Position numbers and translations under genes: made by a program. Under the pieces are notes generated by a model that saw nothing but the letters and a program-made list of their open reading frames with translations, ran no database searches and had not been told where the DNA came from. Shown one piece after another: positions 50,085 through 63,539 of a DNA stretch of 63,716 bases (positions within the stretch are counted from its first letter, which is position 1; every line of letters starts with the position of its first letter). The stretch lies in NCBI RefSeq assembly GCF_001194135.2, contig NC_068990.1, positions 12,365,745 to 12,429,460 of the forward strand, written 5' to 3'. The stretch is from Octopus bimaculoides. Its lineage: Eukaryota.

Positions 50085-50465
50085 AGCAGCCTTGATTGAG
50101 TTGTCTTTAGAATCAAATGCCTTCCAACCATAGCCATCCTGTCTTCTTCGTCTCTGTCATGTTACAATTATGATATTCTTATACAGAGTGTCCACATCAA
50201 AGACAATAGGGTAATAATTTGAGGAAGATTAGAGAGCTACTTCTAGCAGATCATATGATCCTACAGAAGATCTTCCTGGAGATAACAGCTGAATCTCCAT
50301 CAAACCCCCACCTGATTTCCAAAACAGGATGAAGAATGACACAGTACATAATGTACAGCTAGATACATAAGGTCTGTAAAGAAAGATACGCATGGTGGTT
50401 GTTGCTGGGATGTCTTTGTTGACAGGTCTGCTTAGCTGGAGTGACCTGGGGCTAAATTACAATGA
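50085..50465. mobile_element. Two family E repeats in inverted (head-to-head) arrangement
   Basis: ccccag...atcaaatgccttccaaccatagccatcc (minus sense) and ...gtgacctggggctaa (plus sense). Confidence 0.55.
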
Positions 50466-51023
50466 CAGCATCAGCAACAACAACAACAACAGCAGCCTTG
50501 TAATTGATGTCATATGAAGTCGATTTTCATGTACTGACATGCTAACCAATTATCTGCATGAAGTAAATACAATATTAATATCTGTCCAAGTTGATTGATT
50601 GAGGTTCTTGACAACTGATAACTTATCGCTTATGTCTTTCCATAGTCTGGTACCTAAAGAAAAAAACATTTGCATTTATCTTAGAACACTTAAATGCTGT
50701 AAAGCTATCACTGATTATTCCAAGAATATGTTATACATAAATACAAAGAAATATTACTGTGCTCGTAATTAAAAATGAATTTAAAATTGTTTCCTGTTGA
50801 TGAGGATGTTAATATCTCTTTTTTAGAAATCAAAGTTTCTTAGATTGGTTCTTAGATGAAGACAATTTATACAAGGCTGTCTGAGCAGCATTATAGGCTC
50901 CTTGGACAGATCAAGACCCATACAAGCTCAAAGTACTTAAAAGATTTTGGTACCCCTACATATATGTAATTCAAAATATAAACAATAGTGTATCATAAAA
51001 TAAATTTTAATATTTTAAAATAA

Positions 51024-51209
51024 GATTGAGACAGCAAGCTGGCAGAAACGTTAGTATGCTGGGTGAAACGCTTAGTGGCATTTTGTCTGTCTTTACGTTC
51101 TGAGTTCAAATTCTGCCAAGGTCAACTTTGCCTTTCATCCTTGTATACTAGGGTCGATCTGCCTCCCCACACATACACAAATTTCAGGCCTTGTGCCTAG
51201 CATAGAAAA
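51024..51209 (+). mobile_element. Family A SINE (A1) with a core deletion and a 15/16-bp TSD
   Basis: taatattttaaaataa at 51008-51023 versus taatatttcaaaataa at 51210-51225. Confidence 0.88.
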
Positions 51210-51755
51210 TAATATTTCAAAATAAAATAAAACTAATAGTAAGATGGAAAATAATGTTTTGTTTTTATTTATGTTTTTTTTTTATACTTCCATTTTATTT
51301 ATATTTGAAAAGTTTTCTCTTATTTATTTTAATTGCAATGTCTTTGATCAGATCTTCAGTGTGACACAAAGGACACTATGAAATTATATTTCCAGTCATA
51401 AAAACCAAGTCAAACATTATTTAAGCAAGTTTAAAGTGATTTCGTTTAAACCATAAACCATTTACTATTTCTGTGGTACCTCACTTCCATTGATGGTCTA
51501 AGCATGTGCTTATTTTGATTAATGGTAAATCCAGCACTGCTCTGGGCAAATCAATGCACTAAGCTCTATAGCATTTATTCATAGACAATAAGCTACAACA
51601 TTGAGAAACTGCACATTGATCCTATGCTTTAAGACAGCATTGAAAATATATATATACATATTGTGAAAAAAAAGACAAGAGATCTGATGGTTATCATGGT
51701 GTAGAACATGGTGTAGGTATAAATATTGTATAGGATATATATATGTATGTATGCA

Positions 51756-51813
<58 letters not shown>

Positions 51814-52052
51814 GGATATGTTAACTTCATGAAGGGATGGTTTCGTCCAAGGAAATTCTGGTTCAATACCTAGTATTTTGTGCAGAATGAATTTCCTTAA
51901 AACAATAGATATGTATAAGGCATATAGTTTATATCCATTTAAAAGAAGAAAAGAAAATGGAGATTAGGAAATTAATAATTGCTTCTTATTAACTGCAAAT
52001 TGGTCATCTTCATTTTGCACATACATACATACATACATACATACATATGTAT

Positions 52053-52359
52053 ATCATCATCATCATCATCATCATCGTTTAACGTCCGCTTTCCATGCTA
52101 GCATGGGTTGGACGATTTGACTGAGGACTGGTGAAACCGGATGGCAACACCAGGCTCCAGTCTGATTTGGCAGAGTTTCTACAGCTGGATGCCCTTCCTA
52201 ACGCCAACCACTCAGAGAGTGTAGTGGGTGCTTTTACGTGTCACCCGCACGAAAACGGCCACGCTCGAAATGGTGTCTTTTATGTGCCACCCGCACAAGC
52301 CAGTCCAGGGGCGCTGGCAACGATCTCGCTCAAAAATCCTACAGGAGCCAGTCAGGCGG
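52053..52359 (-). mobile_element. Young family D retroposon running into a gap
   Basis: CpG-rich and consensus-like: catcatcgtttaacgtccgctttccatgctagc...gctggatgcccttcctaacgccaacc. Confidence 0.9.
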
Positions 52360-53751
52360 NNNNNNNNNNNNNNNNNNNNNNNNNNNNNNNNNNNNNNNNN
52401 NNNNNNNNNNNNNNNNNNNNNNNNNNNNNNNNNNNNNNNNNNNNNNNNNNNNNNNNNNNNNNNNNNNNNNNNNNNNNNNNNNNNNNNNNNNNNNNNNNNN
52501 NNNNNNNNNNNNNNNNNNNNNNNNNNNNNNNNNNNNNNNNNNNNNNNNNNNNNNNNNNNNNNNNNNNNNNNNNNNNNNNNNNNNNNNNNNNNNNNNNNNN
52601 NNNNNNNNNNNNNNNNNNNNNNNNNNNNNNNNNNNNNNNNNNNNNNNNNNNNNNNNNNNNNNNNNNNNNNNNNNNNNNNNNNNNNNNNNNNNNNNNNNNN
52701 NNNNNNNNNNNNNNNNNNNNNNNNNNNNNNNNNNNNNNNNNNNNNNNNNNNNNNNNNNNNNNNNNNNNNNNNNNNNNNNNNNNNNNNNNNNNNNNNNNNN
52801 NNNNNNNNNNNNNNNNNNNNNNNNNNNNNNNNNNNNNNNNNNNNNNNNNNNNNNNNNNNNNNNNNNNNNNNNNNNNNNNNNNNNNNNNNNNNNNNNNNNN
52901 NNNNNNNNNNNNNNNNNNNNNNNNNNNNNNNNNNNNNNNNNNNNNNNNNNNNNNNNNNNNNNNNNNNNNNNNNNNNNNNNNNNNNNNNNNNNNNNNNNNN
53001 NNNNNNNNNNNNNNNNNNNNNNNNNNNNNNNNNNNNNNNNNNNNNNNNNNNNNNNNNNNNNNNNNNNNNNNNNNNNNNNNNNNNNNNNNNNNNNNNNNNN
53101 NNNNNNNNNNNNNNNNNNNNNNNNNNNNNNNNNNNNNNNNNNNNNNNNNNNNNNNNNNNNNNNNNNNTACACACATCTTGATTTTCTCATCTAAATACTC
53201 TTAAAAACCTACAATACCAAATATAAGATGCAGTGTTAGACAACTACTACAAGATATGGACAATCTAAGTCAATACATTACTTTTTAATATTATATTTTA
53301 TATTATATTTCATATTATATTTTATATATGCTGGTCTTGTGCCAAAATTTGAAGCCGATATTATATTTTATATATAATATATTGATATGCAATACAAAAA
53401 AAAATGTAAAAAAAAATGTAAGGTAGACTATAAAAGAAACTCACTTCTATAATTTAGATTTTTCTTTAAAATGTTGGTGAAGGAAAACCTTGGCAGACTA
53501 ATACAGTTACATGCGTCACTAATTTTTAATCTGGATTTTGGTGAGAAAAATACACGTGTGTATGTGTGTGTGTGTACATTGTAATTTCTAGAATATGTAG
53601 ACTACATCACTGCCTGCCATAAGAAGCAACTAATAGAACTGGTGTCAAGAAGAGTGTCTGGCTCCTAAAAATCTGCCTCAAACACACTCATCCAATGCAT
53701 GTTAGCAAGGAAGAGAAGACATAGAATAATGATGATACTTATGAATATATA

Positions 53752-53870
53752 TATGCCAAATCAGATTGGAGGCTGGAGTTGCCATCCGGTTTCACCAGTC
53801 CTCAATCAAATCGTCCAACCCATGCTAGCATGGAAAGCGGACATTAAACGATGATGATGATGTTGATGAT
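53752..53870 (+). mobile_element. Family D 3' fragment (5'-truncated) with (GAT)n tail
   Basis: Reverse complement nearly identical to 52073-52172. Confidence 0.9.
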
Positions 53871-54029
53871 ATATATATATATATAAATATAAATATATTA
53901 TTTAAACAGTTTCATTTGGCTCAATGTGTCATAAAGCTTCACAGGCTCCTAACAGAAGCCCATCTCTTTCAGTCTTTAAATTACCAATTCTAACTGATAG
54001 AGTATTAATATGCAATCATTTCTGGTGTT

Positions 54030-54241
54030 GCGGCAAACTGGAAGAATTGCTAGCATGCTGAGTGAAATGCTTTGCAGCATTTTGTCTGTCTTCATGTACT
54101 CAGTTCAAATTCCACAAAGGTTGACTTTGCCTTTCATCATTACAGGGTTGATAAAATAAGTACCTGTTGAGTACTAGTGTCGAGGTAACCGACTAGTCCC
54201 CCACTCTGCAAATATGAGGCCTTGTGCCTATATTCGAAAGG

Positions 54242-54307
<66 letters not shown>

Positions 54308-54310
54308 ATA
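54030..54310 (+). mobile_element. Family A SINE (A1) with a long (ATT)n tail, first of a tandem pair
   Basis: Head, core and ggccttgtgcc tail, then ATT repeats. Confidence 0.88.
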
Positions 54311-54311
54311 A

Positions 54312-54555
54312 TAAGGCAGCGAGCTGGCAGAATCATTAGCATGCCAGATGAAATGCTTAGTGGTATTTTGCCAGTCGCTACATTCTGAGTTCGAATTCTG
54401 CTGGGGTCGATTTTACCTTTCATCCCTTCAGGGGCGATAAATTAAGTACCAGTGAAACACTGGGATCAATGTAATCAACTAGTCTCCTCCCCACAAATTT
54501 GAGGCCTTGTGCCTTTAGGAGAAGAGATTATTATTATCATCATCATCATCATCAT
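54312..54555 (+). mobile_element. Family A SINE (A1), second of the tandem pair
   Basis: aaggcagcgagctggcagaatcattagc...gagttcgaattc...aattaagtaccag...gaggccttgtgcc. Confidence 0.9.
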
Positions 54556-54624
54556 CAGTTACAAGATAGTGAGCTCACAGAACTTTAAGCATGTTAGACA
54601 AAATGCTTGGCAGCACAAACATGT

Positions 54625-54655
<31 letters not shown>

Positions 54656-55142
54656 CATGCATGCGCGTGTGTGTGTACGTGTGTGTGTGTGTGTGTGTGT
54701 GTGCAGACATACATGAGAATCTACCATATGTGAAATTTCACATCCACTGAAAACCATAAGTATCATATCTGATATGAGCATGAATCTACAATACACGGAT
54801 TTAATTATATGCAAACATACACACATGCATATATTCCTCTGTGTGTCTGTATGTCTGTATGTGTACTGACGCACAAGTACATATTTACATGCACTACAAT
54901 ATATATTAAAAGTGAGATTTAAGAAAAACAAATATTTAAAAAGATTTGTAAAAACTAAATTCAATAATTGAGTTTAAATTGAATTTTAGCACATGAAATT
55001 TTTTTTAAATACAATCTACTAGATTATTATAAGATGGATTTTGGAAAATTATATAACATAAACAAAGTGCATTACATAGATGAAACATGTAAACACACAA
55101 CACACACATTTAATATCCATATAAACACACACACACTCATGT

Positions 55143-55193
<51 letters not shown>

Positions 55194-55955
55194 NNNNNNN
55201 NNNNNNNNNNNNNNNNNNNNNNNNNNNNNNNNNNNNNNNNNNNNNNNNNNNNNNNNNNNNNNNNNNNNNNNNNNNNNNNNNNNNNNNNNNNNNNNNNNNN
55301 NNNNNNNNNNNNNNNNNNNNNNNNNNNNNNNNNNNNNNNNNNNNNNNNNNNNNNNNNNNNNNNNNNNNNNNNNNNNNNNNNNNNNNNNNNNNNNNNNNNN
55401 NNNNNNNNNNNNNNNNNNNNNNNNNNNNNNNNNNNNNNNNNNNNNNNNNNNNNNNNNNNNNNNNNNNNNNNNNNNNNNNNNNNNNNNNNNNNNNNNNNNN
55501 NNNNNNNNNNNNNNNNNNNNNNNNNNNNNNNNNNNNNNNNNNNNNNNNNNNNNNNNNNNNNNNNNNNNNNNNNNNNNNNNNNNNNNNNNNNNNNNNNNNN
55601 NNNNNNNNNNNNNNNNNNNNNNNNNNNNNNNNNNNNNNNNNNNNNNNNNNNNNNNNNNNNNNNNNNNNNNNNNNNNNNNNNNNNNNNNNNNNNNNNNNNN
55701 NNNNNNNNNNNNNNNNNNNNNNNNNNNNNNNNNNNNNNNNNNNNNNNNNNNNNNNNNNNNNNNNNNNNNNNNNNNNNNNNNNNNNNNNNNNNNNNNNNNN
55801 NNNNNNNNNNNNNNNNNNNNNNNNNNNNNNNNNNNNNNNNNNNNNNNNNNNNNNNNNNNNNNNNNNNNNNNNNNNNNNNNNNNNNNNNNNNNNNNNNNNN
55901 NNNNNNNNNNNNNNNNNNNNNNNNNNNNNNNNNNNNNNNNNNNNNNNNNNNNNNN

Positions 55956-56004
<49 letters not shown>

Positions 56005-56491
56005 TATTTATATATACAAAGTGGGGGAGAGAGACACACACACTGACAGACAGACAGACAGAAAAGGAAAGAGGGATAATTTATTGGATGATGAAATACC
56101 ATAAAACTTTTCTTGGGGTTTCTTCGAGATAATCATCAGGTGATTATGAAAAATTCAAATATAAAGTTTGCTATCTGAACAGCAGATGAAAAATGTTGAA
56201 ATATCATAACAAACATAGCTTGGAATAACAAAGGGTTTGTTATTGGCTTACAGTGGAACTGTTGTTTGAAAATGGAAGCTGGTGAAACAGTTGATACTTA
56301 GTGAAGTGAAAATAGCAATGATTTATACAAAGTGATGTAATATGCATGAACACACATACTCACATATGCATGCTGCATGCACACTGACACACATACACAT
56401 ATGTATATAAGCACTCAGACATAAGACAAACACACACACACACATATATATGTATATATGGCTATACATCTATTCATATATATACATATAC

Positions 56492-56561
<70 letters not shown>

Positions 56562-56648
56562 NNNNNNNNNNNNNNNNNNNNNNNNNNNNNNNNNNNNNNN
56601 NNNNNNNNNNNNNNNNNNNNNNNNNNNNNNNNNNNNNNNNNNNNNNNN

Positions 56649-56685
<37 letters not shown>

Positions 56686-58450
56686 GTATGTATATATATA
56701 TTTATACATCTCTCTCTATATATAAATATATCTATATCTATATGTATATGTATGTATGTTTGTATATATATACACACACACATACTCACATATATATGCA
56801 CATACATATATTTATATATACGCATCTATGCCAAAGGGAGCATATGATGAGAAAATATATAACAAAACAATGTATATTATTGATGTGTGAGATAATAAAA
56901 TGTAGGAAAGAAGTAATTCACAATTCAGTTTTGTTAATATTTGAAAGGGTTTCAGAAATGAACCCTTATCATGTTATTTCAGTTGTAAAGGTTTTGGTTG
57001 CAAGCAATTTAACCTCTTAAAGATATATTATTATGAAGTGAACATTTTGAGGAATGCCTACAATAGCCCACACACTTCTGAATGCTCATTGAATTCATTC
57101 TGAAATAATATCAATATTTTCCCTCCTTTCAACAATCTTCCAATGCAGATTGGAAAGGAATATTTCAGGAAAATAATGAACGTTGTGGACTGAGGATCAA
57201 CCATTGTATTCTGCTCACAACAGATATTGCTTTTTAAAAAAATAATTTATATGGAACTAGAAAAACTTGCATATGTATATGTATGTTGATTGTTACTTAC
57301 TTTAAAACAATTTCCAGTAAGTGTAATGTAAGATAACTATAGTGTCCATAATTAAAATCTGCTCAGTAAGCTTCATTTAGAATTGATATTATTTTCAAAT
57401 GGCTTAAATGAGTGTTGAGAAATGCTTCACTAGTGTAGATTGTCTTCAAAATTTTCACTTGACAACTATGTACTTCCTGATAGTTAAATTAAACCAGCCA
57501 AAACATGAAGAATTATAATAGCATGATGATATTTTCAGAAATTTCTTGAGATTAATGATAATTCATCACTCTGAGTTCTTTCCTTCCTTTGCACTTGTAA
57601 TTTTCACTCATATATCATTTTATACATTTTCTTGGTGTGTGTGTGTGTGTGTAAGTATATGTGTGTGTGTGTGTGTATTCGTATGTTTTAATATATATAG
57701 CATCATTTTGCACATTTGTACAAATTATTTTTGTCTTGCTTAACTCAGTTTCAAACATATTCTGATTTTCCATTTTTCAAATCATCAAAGTGTTAGCCAA
57801 TAGCATTCTTTGTTATTCCATGCCAACCAATTAGTGATCGCAATAATATTCAACACTTTTTGTTATGTACCTCCTACACCCAATTCTGTGTTCTGTTTTG
57901 CATAATTGTTCAAAGAGTGACAATGAGAAACTCATGATAAAGAATTTTAAAGTTTAAGTTTCTGCTTCAAATAAAATCTACCAGTTTCTGTTGTTAATAG
58001 AAGATCGACTCAGGTGGTACTAAAAAACCTTTGCCTTAGGTGCTGAGCAATTGGATTGAAACCAAAAATTACTTGATTTGGAAGCAAACTTTTTAACTAT
58101 ACAGACATACCATTTGTCAACACCCATAGTCATATGTATACGAATATCTGCATATATATACATATACATACATGCAAGCATACATACATGTGTGTGTGTG
58201 TGTGTGTGTGAGTGTGTGTGTGTGCGTGGATATATGTTTATATCTATACATGTTTATGTGTGTTTCGATATACGTTATTGTCATGCTTTTTAGGCAGACT
58301 AGCTGAATGCACCATTAAAGGCCAAACTTAAAGTCGCATTCAAATCAATATTCTAAATACATTTTACTCTTCCACATGTATAGAGTACTATAATCTGTTA
58401 TTGTTTCCTACAAGATGATGAACAATGCCAAAATAATACATTTATATATT

Positions 58451-58493
<43 letters not shown>

Positions 58494-58829
58494 GCTGAAA
58501 TTAAATCTTTATAACCTGAGGATATTAGTTTTGTGATAAGCAATGTTATCAGATATACCAAAGTTTTCCACTTTCTAATAGCCTGCATTAAAAAAAAAAA
58601 AAATGATATCCTACAGATTCCTGAAATAAATGCAACACAATACTTGAGCTCATTTCACACACACACATACAGATAAATACACAAAAACAAACACCTACAC
58701 ATAAATAGTGTGATAAATTACCTGATAGTCACATAATGTAATATAGTTTATTCAGGAGTCTAACATTTTTAGAGTACTAAATCTACTGTTCCGTACAAAA
58801 CGTTTCTATGATAAACTTCTGAATATGTT

Positions 58830-59130
58830 TATCGTCATCATAATTTATATCCACGTTCCATGCTGGCATTGTCTGGACAGATCGTCATGGTCTAAAGCAG
58901 ATCTTATTTGGAGTTATTGTTCTCCTCAATGGTTAAGAAAATCACGCCACTCAATAATTCTCAAACGTTTTTAAATTTGGCATAGTTCCAATAGCTTGTA
59001 GTCCTTCAGTCCAATCATTTTCCAGAGTCTGTTGGGTTCGTTTTTCTATGACACCAAAGCAAAAGTTGTCTGTGACGTTTTGGCCCTTCCCATTTGGTGT
59101 CACTAATTCAATGTTTATTTCACATTTAGA
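58830..59130 (-). mobile_element. Probable RTE-like LINE 3' remnant
   Basis: GVIEKRTQQTLENDWTEGL resembles G.IEGKR.RGR....W.GL; ends in a D-type tail (tgccagcatggaacgtgga...tgatgacgat). Confidence 0.35.
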
Positions 59131-59154
59131 TAGTTTAATATGTCTCTCATTCTT

Positions 59155-59380
59155 AAGGCAGCATGCTGGCAGATTCGTTACCAAACTGGGCAAAATGCTT
59201 AGCAGCATTTTATCTGCTGTTATGTCCAAAGTTCAAATGCCTCTGGGGTTAACTTTGCCTTTCATTTTTTTTTGGGGGGGGGGGGTGAATAAAATAAGGA
59301 CTAGTTGAATTCTGGGAATTAATATAATTGACTTACTCCTTCTCTCAAACCTGCTGATCTTCTACCAAAATTTTAAACCA
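59155..59380 (+). mobile_element. Diverged family A SINE
   Basis: aaggcagcatgctggcagattcgtta...aactttgcctttca. Confidence 0.7.
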
Positions 59381-59627
59381 ATATTTCTTTCATTCTTTTC
59401 CTCTGTCTCTCACTCTCTCCATTTCTCATTCTCTCCCTCACTTTCTCACTCACTCTTTCCCTCCTCTCCCCCTCTCACTGTTTCCCTCTGTTGCTCTCTT
59501 TATGTGTGAGCATATTTCTTTACGTATTTATGAGGAAGAGGGTGAGTGTTCATGTCAATCTTGTTCAACTAATAAACTGTAATTTCTCTCTCTCACTTTC
59601 TCACACCATCTCTATGTATATATTTCT

Positions 59628-59862
59628 TATTTCTTTATTGCCCACAAGGGGCTACACACAGAAGGGACAAACAAGGACAGACAAACGGATTAAGTCGATT
59701 ATATTGATCCCAGTGTGTAACTGGTACTTATTTAATCGACCCCAAAATGATGAAAGGCAAAGTCAGCCTCGGCAGAATTTGAACTCAGAACGTAACGGCA
59801 GATGAAATACTGCTAAGCATTTCCCCCGGCATGCTAACGTTTCTGCCAGCTCGCCACCATAT
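59628..59862 (-). mobile_element. Young family A SINE with tail A2 and a 13-bp TSD
   Basis: TSD tgtatatatttct at 59615-59627 and 59863-59875; CpG-rich and consensus-like. Confidence 0.93.
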
Positions 59863-60099
59863 TGTATATATTTCTCTATGTATATATTTCTGTGCATGTG
59901 TGTGTATCTCTATGAGCGTGTATGCATGTGTGTGTGTGTAGTGCCAAAAATTGCTGTTAATAAAACAGGTTCAATGTCCATCTAGTCACCCCGGTCAAAT
60001 CACCAGTGACCAAACAATCACGCCCAATAATTTCATTCTGGCTCAAGGGAAGTGACCAAATTCTCAACAAGACAAGACTAAGGAAGTTTTTGACCTTCT

Positions 60100-60210
60100 A
60101 TCATTAACTCTAAGTGAGCCTTGGAAACATTTGAACCCATAACGTAGAGACCAATGAAATTATTCTAAGCCTTTTCTCCAGCGTTCTAATGGTTCTGCCA
60201 GCTCACCACG
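60100..60210 (-). mobile_element. Diverged family A head
   Basis: Reverse gives gagctggcagaaccattagaacgctgg...gggttcaaatg. Confidence 0.55.
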
Positions 60211-61259
60211 ATAATAATGATGATGTCATTATTACAATGATATCTCATAACCTTCACTTGCCTAAGGGTGCAAATGATTGCATCAAACACACAGGTTAAA
60301 AGCAAAATAATAATAATGACAGCAAAATGAGATTTTTACTAAATTCTTCATTCTGAAAATCAATTGAAACAAAGGCATTGTCTTTTACCAGAAGTATTCT
60401 AATAAAAGAGTTAATCCATTCATTATGATGTTGTTACATCTTTCAGGCTATAACTGTTTCCAGTTTCCAGTCTTTCTCACTTTCCTTTTTCACCTTGGAA
60501 CATCTGATCTCTTTGCACCGCCTTTACACTTGGTGGGCTCCTCCTTCCCATCTTGATTCTTCCCCAGTAGTTTTACCTCTTAGCATATTCTTCAAATTTA
60601 TATCCTTAGTGTTACCATACACATTTTTAAAGCTTCAGCTATCAGTAGCCATATCTTCCCTTTAGCACATGAACTTGTTCCATTTGTAAACTTTATACAA
60701 CAATTTTTGCCTATACAGAGCACTTCTAAATTATTCAGACTATTTGTTTTCCCTTCCTTTTTTTATTGTTTGTTTTTTCTTTTGTCATATATGGTGTATC
60801 CCTGAAAAGAGAAGGAATGTAATTTCTTTGTGATTTCATTATCATACTATAGAATTTGAAAAGAAAAAAAATTATAACCATGATATGGAAAAAGTTTTCA
60901 TTACAAAGAAACAAAATAAGAAAACCTGCCATTGTATTTGTGTTATAGAAACACAAATGACTAACGAAAATGTAGACGCCATTTTATGGCCTGAAGGAAT
61001 CATGGAGAGATAAAATAGAGCAACATTTTGCACAAAAAGAAAAATTTTATGAAAATTAATGGTAACAAAAATGCCATAATAAATCAACAACAATACTAAC
61101 AAATAAATACATTACAAATATATTTGCTGTAGGGGACATAAGTGGGTTTTAAAGTAAGGATTTTAATTTGTTTTAAAACAAGCGATGACATGCAAAGAGA
61201 ATGTAAGTTGATAATAAATCAAAACGAAAGGAAAAATTAAATATTTTGGTTTGCGCTGC

Positions 61260-61455
61260 TGTTGTTTTTGCTCTTTAGCTTTAGGCTAATCCTGTTTGGA
61301 CAGACATGTGGCGAAAGGTTTTCTTAGCATAGCCATTCCTGTCTTTTAACATCTAAGGGACTATATTGCTCAATGTGTCCCTTAGGGTGTCATTTAAGGG
61401 AGATTTAGTTGCTATATCTAGCTGATTGAGTGAGCCACAAAGAAGCTCTATCATT
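61260..61455 (-). mobile_element. Family E repeat
   Basis: gcatagccattcctgtc...caatgtgtcc...gggagatttagttgctatatctagc. Confidence 0.6.
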
Positions 61456-62034
61456 GACTTAAGTTCTTGTTGAACTTGAAAATAATATTTTTATTTCTTT
61501 CGTTTTTGCTGGTGTTAAATTCAACAATTAATGATTTTAAAAAATTATCCACTTTTTTTTTTTTNNNNNNNNNNGATTTTAAAAAATTATCCACTTTTTT
61601 TTTTGTAGCCACAGGGCTTTTATTTGTAAGAAATAGGGATTGAATTGATAAAATGCCTTATGGTATATGGGTATGTCCTGGGTCTTTACATTTTAAGTTC
61701 AAATCTCACTAAAGTCAACTTTAGACTTTTATCATTTTGGGGCCCTTAAATAAAATACCTGTTCAGGGTGGTGAGTTGAAGGGATATTTTACAATATTTA
61801 TTCCAGCTCTCACTCCGAAGTGAACTTCATCTTCCATCATTTTGGAGTTATAAATAAAGTTCCTGTTGAGGGTAGTGGAATGAAGACAGTGTTAGTGTCA
61901 AATGCAATGTCTTGCAATATCCGTAACAAATCTTAAGACTATGAGATTAAATCCCATCAAGGTAAACTTTACTTTCAGCCTTTCAAGGAGATGCATAAAA
62001 GACTAATCATGGACTGTGTATTGGAGCAATTGGT

Positions 62035-62310
62035 TTTGCTCTCCATTGGTTATGAAGACAAGTGTTTTAGTTGATTCAATCAACAGAACAACTTGCTCAT
62101 GAAATTTATGTGCAAGTGACTGAGCACACTCAGTGTGTGACAAGGCTGACCCTTTGAATTACAGGTACAACTCATTTTTGACAGCTGGGTAAACTGGAGC
62201 AATAAGAAATAAAGTGTCTTGCTCAAGGACAAAACATGTCCTGGGAATCGAACTCATGACCTTATTGTCATGAACCAAATATCTTAACCACTAAGCCATG
62301 CACATTCTTT
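62035..62310 (-). mobile_element. CORE-like tRNA SINE, family G
   Basis: Reverse gives ggcttagtggttaag...gagttcgattccc...gtccttgagcaagacactt...acctgtaattcaaagggtcagccttg. Confidence 0.8.
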
Positions 62311-62929
62311 ATTGGAGCAATTATTAGAGCCTCGAGCAAGATATCTTGTAGTCTCTGCTGTGAATATCTGTGCTGCGAGTTCAAATTTTATTAAGGTCAA
62401 CTTGAGTAGTGATGTGATGAAATTGTTAGAGTTCTGAACAAGATGCTTTGTGGTATCTGGATCATTGTATCATGAGTTCAAACTCTGTCTTGTGCCCATG
62501 GCCAGAGTTAATTACTCAACCGTGGGAGCTCTCTGTTTAACATGCAGTCAGTTAGCATGGGTAGGTAGGCCTACAGACAGCTTAAATAAACTGGTTCCAG
62601 GAATTCTCAGGCTTTTGTCTATCACTGGTTTGACAACAGCCAAATGATTTTATCAACATCTATTTCAGATGATAATGATGGTGACGGTGGGAGGTGAGGA
62701 GGAGGAGGCAGAGGGGAAAACTATGACATTATTCATATATTTATTTTATTTTAATTTTTCACTTCACTTGAAAATGACATCTTTCCTCAGAATGAGTTGA
62801 CACTTTGAATTTCTTCTCTGCAAATAGACACTTTTTTTTTTTTTGGTTGATACTTATTTGCTAAATGCTGCAATAGAGCAGTATCAGAAGGAATACATAC
62901 ATATACATACACACATACTCTCTCTCTCT

Positions 62930-63376
62930 CTCTTTACTTGTTTCAGTCATTTGACTGTGGCCATGCTGGAGCACCGCCTTTAGTCGAGCAAATCGACCCC
63001 AGGACTTATTCTTTGTAAGCCCAGTACTTATTCTATCGGTCTCTTTTGCTGAACCGCTAAGTTACAGGGACGTAAACACACCACCATCGGTTGTCGAGCG
63101 ATGTTGGGGAAAGGGACAAACACAGACACACAAACATACACACACACACATATATATATACATATATACGACAGGCTTCTTTCAGTTGCCGTCTACCAAA
63201 TCCACTCACAANNNNNNNNNNCTTTCAGTTGCCGTCTACCAAATCCACTCACAAGGCTTTGGTCAGCCTGAGGCTATAGTAGAAAACATCTGCCCAAGGT
63301 GCCACGCAGTGGGACTGAACCTGGAACCATATGATTAGTAAACAAGCTTCTTACCACACAGTCATGCCTGCACCTA
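62930..63376 (-). mobile_element. Full-length SINE family B (tRNA head, CORE-like segment, internal microsatellite, 3' tail)
   Basis: Reverse gives tgtgtggtaag...ggttcagtcccactgcg...ttgggcag...gactgaaacaagtaaag; 10-N gap with an overlap duplication inside. Confidence 0.9.
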
Positions 63377-63539
63377 TAAGAATTTAATAGATTACACTTC
63401 AAAAATTAGAATGTGACAGCTGTGGAGCTAATTCACGGCAGCTTTTGTCCTAATTTTGGGACTGCCATGTTGGCTTGGCGATAACTAGTAATTTCCAGTA
63501 CCGCTGCCGTAGTCTCCTTTAGAGATAGATAGATAGATA

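Noticed and set aside
56110-56142. CUGAUGA...GAAAC on the minus strand as another hammerhead
   Set aside because: No stem II or stem I pairing.
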